64,000 nt of DNA from Paraphysomonas bandaiensis (lineage: Eukaryota; Protista; Chrysophyceae). The stretch is from NCBI GenBank assembly GCA_965644295.1, contig CBFFRP010000354.1, positions 62,001 through 126,000 on the forward strand. The letters run 5' to 3'. Under the pieces are notes generated by a model. It was given only the letters and a program-made list of their open reading frames with translations, ran no database searches and was not told where the DNA came from. The translations under genes were made by a program, and so were the position numbers. Of the stretch, positions 57,239 through 64,000 are shown piece by piece. The first letter of the stretch is position 1, and the number at the start of each line of letters is the position of its first letter.

Positions 57239-60200
57239 CTAATTCTTCTCGAGGTTAATGTCGTCCTCGCCGTCTTCAAAAAACTTCTTTCGTTTCTCTT
57301 CTTCAGCATCTACGAGTAACTGTACTACATGCCTGGTTACTTTCAAAATCCAATCGTCAAGCTCGCCACTGAGGTCACGTATCCATACATCAATTACCAA
57401 TCTTACCGCTGACAAGTATTCCGGTTCAAACAGGTAACAATGTATATTCTGCAAACAAAAGTTAATGGCCTATTTCCCGACTCGCTTTACAGTGATTAAT
57501 ATGCGGCATCTAGCGTTCACAAAAATACAGTCCTTTGAATTCAGTACATCATCATGGTACACAAGTGTTTCCTATTCAAAGCATAAACAGTCATAGCTAT
57601 GTTTTCTCCGCAGCTCTGAGCATACCAACCTGAAGAATGTCGTAAGGTGGTCTACGCTGTAATAAGTTTGATTCCAGTTGATTTAACTCTTGGTCTTTGG
57701 CCATATAATCTGTTCCCATCACACTGTCCAAAGTATCTGACAACCAACCCAAAACTTTATTCGGCTTGTCATTGCCCCCCCCTGCTCGGGGAGTAGAAAT
57801 TTCATCTTTACTTTCGCTGGGGTCTAATACCTTTGGGTTGTCCTGTGCACCATCAGATTGCTTCATTTTTCGACGTGGTTTCTTCCTGTTATATATAATT
57901 AATGATCAATTCAATGTCCACATGCCATAATGACGTAAAGTCAGTGTATTTGTAGCAAATCAGACATACGCATTTTGAAGTGTTTGATATACCGTACTCA
58001 CTTTGAAACGTGTACAATATTGGGGAAATCCTCATCTGTGAAGGCCAGGATCTCATACATGACAGTGGCCACCATCCGTAAGTTAAAGAGTACGTCGCTG
58101 GTTCCCACCTTGGGTTCATGACACAGCCCATGGTGCCATGGCGCCAACAGAATGTTATTGACGAGAACTCTGTCAGTGAATAAAATGAAGATATTAAAAA
58201 TGTTTTCAGACAAGTCGTAATGAAAGTAGGTACCTTTTCGACACAACGATCACATGACATTATAGGAATATACAGCATGATAGAAAATAATTTGATATAC
58301 CTTGTCAGTAAAAAGTTTTTTATCAGAATCTTGGCTCGATTTATCTTGTACGCTTTGCCACCATATGCAAATATTGCCTTTTGTGCTCTTTCTGACGACT
58401 GTAAAACGCTTAATAAATCTTGTTCGGGAGCAGGTTCAACCACATTTCTTGTTGCTCCTATACTGTAACGCAATGACCTCAACACACCTCGAAACAGAAA
58501 ACAGTATTTACCTGTTGAATTCCAAGCGTTGCTGCTCGAAATCAAAGAGGAACCCATCCCTAAAAAAATTTCCATCCGATATCAAATTCTTTAAAAACTC
58601 ACACACATGAGGGGAGGGAAGCTCCAGACCACATATTCCCCTCACTATGGAGGTCACTCGAACCTACATTACACCAAATCCATTTCGTTAAAATACGCAC
58701 GCACTACTAGAAAGAATACAAAATTATACCAAGAGGCTACATTCAGAATAAACGATACGAATAAATCTATATTTATTGATGAATACATAGTGGGTACCCA
58801 ACTTGTACTGCTACGGTTTTCAGGAAGTCATTGTAAGGCACTAAAGTAGTTTACTTATACAGTCTACCTTTAATTGTAGCATTCGTCCTTGTAAATTAGT
58901 AGCTCGGCCACGGCGCCTCATGATATTGCGCTCCACAGGGCAGAAATTCAACGTATTATCCTGTATATGCTGTGATGGAGCGTTCGCTAAACATATTGCC
59001 AGCACCACACCGAGAGTTTTGTACACAATATAGTATAAGATACAGATATCACAGAGTGCAGTGTCAATACTGCGCATATGAATGCACTGTGAAATAACAG
59101 CGTACATACTTGAATAATTGACGAAATCGGTAACTTAACAGCTCGCCCAATCCATATCCCACATGAGTCTAGGAATAGCAAAATATTTTTGTACAGAGCA
59201 TCAGCATCCAAGTGCTTGCGTAACTGCTGCTTCAATTGCAATGATAGCATGGGCTTCACGTAAAAATCTAACACCATGCGTCCCACCACGCGGAAGAGTT
59301 GTTTCCCTTTCATAATATGCTCTGGAAGGGGATTGTGATTGCCTTTTAGTTTGTGTCTCCACAACGGTTTCTTCTCGTGTACTGTAGACTGTAACAACGA
59401 ATCAATGCGACTCTTTAATTCTTGCCTTCGTTTCTTATCTTCAGCTTTCTTCTTCGACTTTTCTTGAATAGAGGCTTCTGATTTACCTGGTTCAAGGTTC
59501 GAATTCGAGTTCAGATCACCATTGAGTGCTCTTTTGTTCTCTTCTATGGCGGCATCAACATGTTGTGCAAGCTTTCTTAGTTCTTCCGTTGAACTGCTGT
59601 CTCTCCGCTTACGTGTTTTCTTTCTTGACTTTCCTTTCGATACTATGCTGTCACTATCATTATCAGAAATTGATTTCGCTATACTTTTTTTGCGATAATC
59701 TGACGTCATTGCTTCTCTTCCAGTCATGGAATCTGCATCAGAGATGGCATCCTTACTTTGGTGGTCTTCAGTTTTTTTTATATCCACATTTGCTTTTTTC
59801 CGCTCACTCAAAGCTTTCCCTTTTGACGCAGATGACGCTAATGATGCAAATGATTGCTTGGATACATCTCTCGTGATCTCAGGCTCACTAGATAAGCTCG
59901 ACAATGTGGACTTCGAGGGAGTAGCCGACATGCCGAAATCAGAGTTAGAAAACTCAGGTATCTCGGAATAAGATCTCTGTGCTGACTGCTCATTATTTGT
60001 ATGAGCAAGATTATTGAGCTGCCCTTTCTCTTGCTGCTGAAAAAACTCGTGTTGCTGCGCCAGACTCTTCTGTACGATGGCACGCTTCAATGCCAAATTC
60101 TCTTTACGTGCACGAAGAATGCGATTTTGTATTTCTGATGCATTACTCACTTGTTTTTTTCGTTGATTGACTTGACGATTATAATTAGGATATACTTGTA

Positions 60201-60327
60201 CAGGTAACTGAACTTCTGGTTTAGCAAACGTATATGATGAACTCACAGTACCAGTATCATCTCTTGAATATTTTTTATCAGCCCATTGCATAAAATTATT
60301 TAATCCATGTGATGAATTTCTATCCAT
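57239..60327 (-). CDS. Multi-exon hypothetical protein (charged low-complexity N-terminus, helical C-terminal region)
   Basis: ORF 58987..60327 (446 aa) followed by exon-like ORFs 57889..58575, 57998..58246, 57597..57866 and 57239..57454 with splice signals. Confidence 0.6.
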
Positions 60328-61280
60328 TTCTATAAATCTCTTGTCTTATTAATGCTATGAATGATATAATCTCCACTTAATTAAAGTATGAGTGATACTA
60401 TGAAACAACACACTCATGTGTGTGATAAGTAAGATCTAATGGAAGAGACTGTATCAGTTATGTCAATAGATGATCTGATATATACCAGAGAGAGAGATGT
60501 GATACATACTACTCCTTTATCGAGTTGTTATATATAGATTTCTATCTAGAGTTTGTACAGGCAGCATGTCATAGTTTGGACTGTCACTCTGCCTCTCTCT
60601 ATATACATACTACGGTACGTACATACACTGCTCTGATGATATATATACGAGTGATGACAATTTCCGTAATTTTATGGGCATGTATAAATATCGGGGGTTT
60701 TCATAAAAAAAACTAAAAAATTGATTATCTTTAAAAATATAGAATATTTTAAAAAGTTACATGTACATGGTTGGAAAGTTCATGTCATGAGCTTCAAAAA
60801 ACCTATATATATGCTGTAGAAATTATGTCGGCAATATGGTGATATTTTTGTTCTCTACAGCGAATTGTCATCACTCGTAGTACACTCTTGCCGTTTTATA
60901 GCACTATCACTCAAAAATTTACAAAAACCAAAGGTTTTTAATGAACAAACTATTGCAAAAAACAAACAGTTAATTTTAGATTCCACAAAATCCCTAGTTA
61001 TCACAATCTCAAAATCAATGTACAACAGAAATAGCCTTCTGGAACGTAATTTTAAATCTAGAAGTACAGTAGGATCTCTACTGAAAACAATGTAGATATA
61101 AAAATAGGGGGTTTTGTTATTTTTAGCAAAGGCAAAAGAAAACCAGCTTTGCTTCAATGCCGTTACAGAGACTGACTGTATGCTTGCATTTGCTTCTAGT
61201 AAAGTTGCAGAGTTGCAGAGTTGCAAGAAATTTAGCATTTCTCTTTAGACTGTAGAGTTCATTGATTCACCAAGCGAATC

Positions 61281-62528
61281 ATGCTTTATACTTTGATTGT
61301 AGCAGTGTTATGGGTCATTCAGGGTGTTGGAGGGTTGCTTATTGAAGACGTTTACATTCCAATGGACTGTCACAGTAAGTACTATTGTACTGACATTGCA
61401 AATGGGATAACGTATTTCACCCATAGAGCACGCGTCCCCTTCCGACCATCTTTTGATGTATTTAGTTTGTGCTATATTTGATTTTCGTTGACTTTGTTTG
61501 CAGAGAATTTGTCGTGAAGCAGAGCAACGGTGAGGTGATCAAGCCTGTATACAAGAAACCTGGCAATTTGTTTCATGTTTTGTTAGAACAGTCGGTAAGA
61601 CTTCATATTTTGAATGATATATATAATTCCAACGTTCTAGGATGCCCCTGTTCATAGAGCTCTAAAGGGAATGTGCGAGAACGGCACCCGCATTATGACA
61701 TGGGAAAATGGACATGAGCTAAACTTAGCCCCACTTCCAGTGTCGAAATATGCTGTAGAGAATATTGACGAAAGTATTACTGTAGAAATAACTCTCCAAC
61801 ACATCACTCCGCAAGTGGATTACCAAGTGTTTAACTTATTTAAAATGGGGAATATCTCCCAGGTGATGACAATGGTTGAGGAACATAAAGGAGTGAATGC
61901 TATGGACGAATGGGGAACCACACTGCTTATGCAAGCGACGAAAAAAGGAAACCTTCCCGTAGTGGCAGCCTTACTGAACACACGCATGCCAAAAGTAGAT
62001 ATCAACATGGCGAAATCTGTGAGTTATCAAGTGCTTGTACGCTGTGCATGTCTAAAATGTTCTTAGAACGGATACACGGCACTTTTTTATGCCGTTGAGC
62101 TCCACACCACAAATATTCTCAAGGCTTTGCTCAGAAGAGGAGCAAACCCCAATGTAGCATTAACACAGAAGGTTCATTTTATATTGTATGTTCTTTTGGC
62201 TGTTCATATATTCCCTGCATAGGATGCTGTTGGAAGTACACCTCTACATTTCGCTTGTATGCTTGAAAAATCGAAGCATGCGGAACTGCTTCTGGAATAC
62301 GGTGCGGATGTAATGGCAGTCAATGAACACGGACAGTATCCGTTGCAGCTCTTGCCACGTGATGCTGTGACGTCCACGAAGCTATACTTCAAACGCATGT
62401 TCGAGGTTTGTCATCAAAATTTCTTGTTTCGTTAGGATCTTTACTGTCTATTACTTCAGGATGCTTTGGCACGAAAGGAAAAAGAATGGAACGCTGCCAA
62501 TGGTAAAACTGCTAGAAATGATCTTTAA
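61281..62528 (+). CDS. Signal peptide + degenerate FKBP-like domain + ankyrin repeats, C-terminal RNDL (possible ER retention)
   Basis: MLYTLIVAVLWVIQGVGG; DCHKHASPSDHLLIEF and RALKGMCENGTRIMTW resemble ER FKBPs; WGTTLLMQA, GYTALFYA and GSTPLHFAC are ankyrin repeats; ends ARNDL* at TAA 62526-62528. Confidence 0.75.
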
Positions 62529-63408
62529 TGCAAGGCTGACTTCGACCAGCGACTAGTATACATACTAAAAGGCTGGTTTGCAGTATTCAAAAGATCAGAC
62601 TTGACATAGTTTTGTTGTGATTTATTGTAATGAATCTTGTTCGTTTTTGCTTCATAAATTTAGTGCAGGCTAATGTCTGCAGTACGAGCTAGTTCTGCAC
62701 ACGAACTATTTGGCATATAATTTATAGTTTATAGTGTGTCAATAGTCAAAGGTAGATTGTATCAATTCGACAGATATGTATTGTACGTTTTAAATGCCAT
62801 ACTGAATCTATAGCCAACCAAGGTTTAAAAATCACGCCATTGAGATTGTATATAGCATAGAGTTGATATTTTATAATTGAATATAATTATATATATTATA
62901 AATATGAGAGCACTGTGCCTCTACATGCATAACACGCTATGCGAATGTTGCAGCACACGTTACGTATGTATATATACAATGGTGGTACGTTTATATACAA
63001 TATACAGTATTCATTCGTTCATACGTATGCACAGTATACGTTGAATTGAAGAGTTGAATTGACGGATCTCATACTCCAACTTATAAAGTGAGTTAGCATT
63101 TTACTGTATTGGCAAGCAGCAAGTAGTGTGTTGCATGTATACAAACATACAAACACCGATGTGAGAAATTAAAGCCCGTTTGATTCAAAAATATATTTAG
63201 TACTTCGAGATAGGCCAGTAAGAATAATCCAGATTTCACTATATAATTTCTACTGAAGTACAGCGCTAACGTTTAGAATCTGACACGGTGTCACAGTATG
63301 AGGTAGAGGTGTGTATGCGTGATTGATACGATTGATGTGTTATCAAATTGGAAACACAAGTTGCTAACAGCAGAAGTAGTAAACTCCATTCAAAAACGAA
63401 ATCGCCAA

Positions 63409-64000
63409 TTATGACTGAACTTCCAAGCTGCACTGCTTTACCATAACCTAACACAGATGTAAAACACAAGTGCGTGGTACCACTGGATGTACAATAACCT
63501 GAAGCAAACGCACAAGTACAGTCGGGTGATCCTCCATTAAAGCTTCTAAAGACTTCTCACTGAGATAATAGGGTTATAAGCTCATCGTACGTATCAGACG
63601 ACAAAACACATACGTAAAAATAGCGACGACACTTGTCGTCAGCGCCCGCGCAAAATACTTTCTGTGAGCCTGAAGTTGCATATCGACGTATCCGAGAAAT
63701 GACCCTTCATTATCATGAGGTGATGTACAACTTTATATTTACTTTTATAACCTTTGTGAAAGTGTATAGATTTAGATGACTGTGGATCAAAGGGGGATAG
63801 TTCCAGAATAATTTCTCCCTATCATCTGTATATGACAACGTGTTCCGTGGCAGAGATAGTTATGGCACCACTTACCTCTAGCAAGACATAAAAGTCGGAG
63901 GCAGTGTCACCTTTGTTAAATAGAATATCGTCCCTGTTCAGAAGTACTGTGGTATAGTACTGCGCCGACAAATTAGCCAGTACCTATTGTGAAGATATGA
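63409..64000 (-). CDS. 3' end of a gene with a C-terminal cyclic-nucleotide-binding domain (SulP/STAS-cNMP-like); 5' part outside window
   Basis: Spliced: LNRDDILFNKGDTASDFYVLLE ... EGSFLGYVDMQLQAHRKYFARALTTSVVAIFTEKSLEALMEDHPTVLVRLLQVMVKQCSLEVQS*. Confidence 0.65.

Noticed and set aside
60855-61238. Overlapping 127-aa and 76-aa ORFs
   Set aside because: AT-rich promoter region between divergent genes, non-ATG starts, no motifs.
1-64000. tRNA, rRNA or snRNA genes
   Set aside because: None recognised by eye; a covariance-model scan would be needed to exclude them.

Overview
Gene-dense eukaryotic DNA with many short (~50-60 nt) GT-AG introns. It is probably from a flagellated, phagotrophic stramenopile-like protist; this is inferred from a CFAP36 gene, a secreted lysozyme and a diatom-CoDi-like Copia element. 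About 18 protein-coding loci are visible: GT4 glycosyltransferase, a CSN9/CSNAP-like microprotein, lysozyme-like protein, BRCT-PNKP, catalytically dead calpain, sterol desaturase/C4-methyl oxidase family, an 8x PB1-like + ankyrin protein, RUS/DUF647, cysteine synthase, Ulp2/SENP-type SUMO protease, MFS transporter, CFAP36, FKBP-like/ankyrin protein, a partial cNMP-binding protein and several orphans. The standout is an intact, very young Ty1/Copia LTR retrotransposon (11648-16637, minus strand, identical 288-bp LTRs, GTATT target-site duplication) with three departures from the norm. (1) Its LTRs end CG...CG instead of TG...CA. (2) It has no tRNA primer-binding site; instead a perfect 16-bp match between the PBS position and an LTR-internal sequence suggests Tf1-style self-priming. 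(3) Its integrase appears to have a D-D-D rather than D-D-E triad. Also present are a 163-bp tandem exon+intron amplification and a ~140-bp interspersed repeat found four times near gene 5' ends. Exon boundaries were read by eye; gene coordinates are start-to-stop spans.
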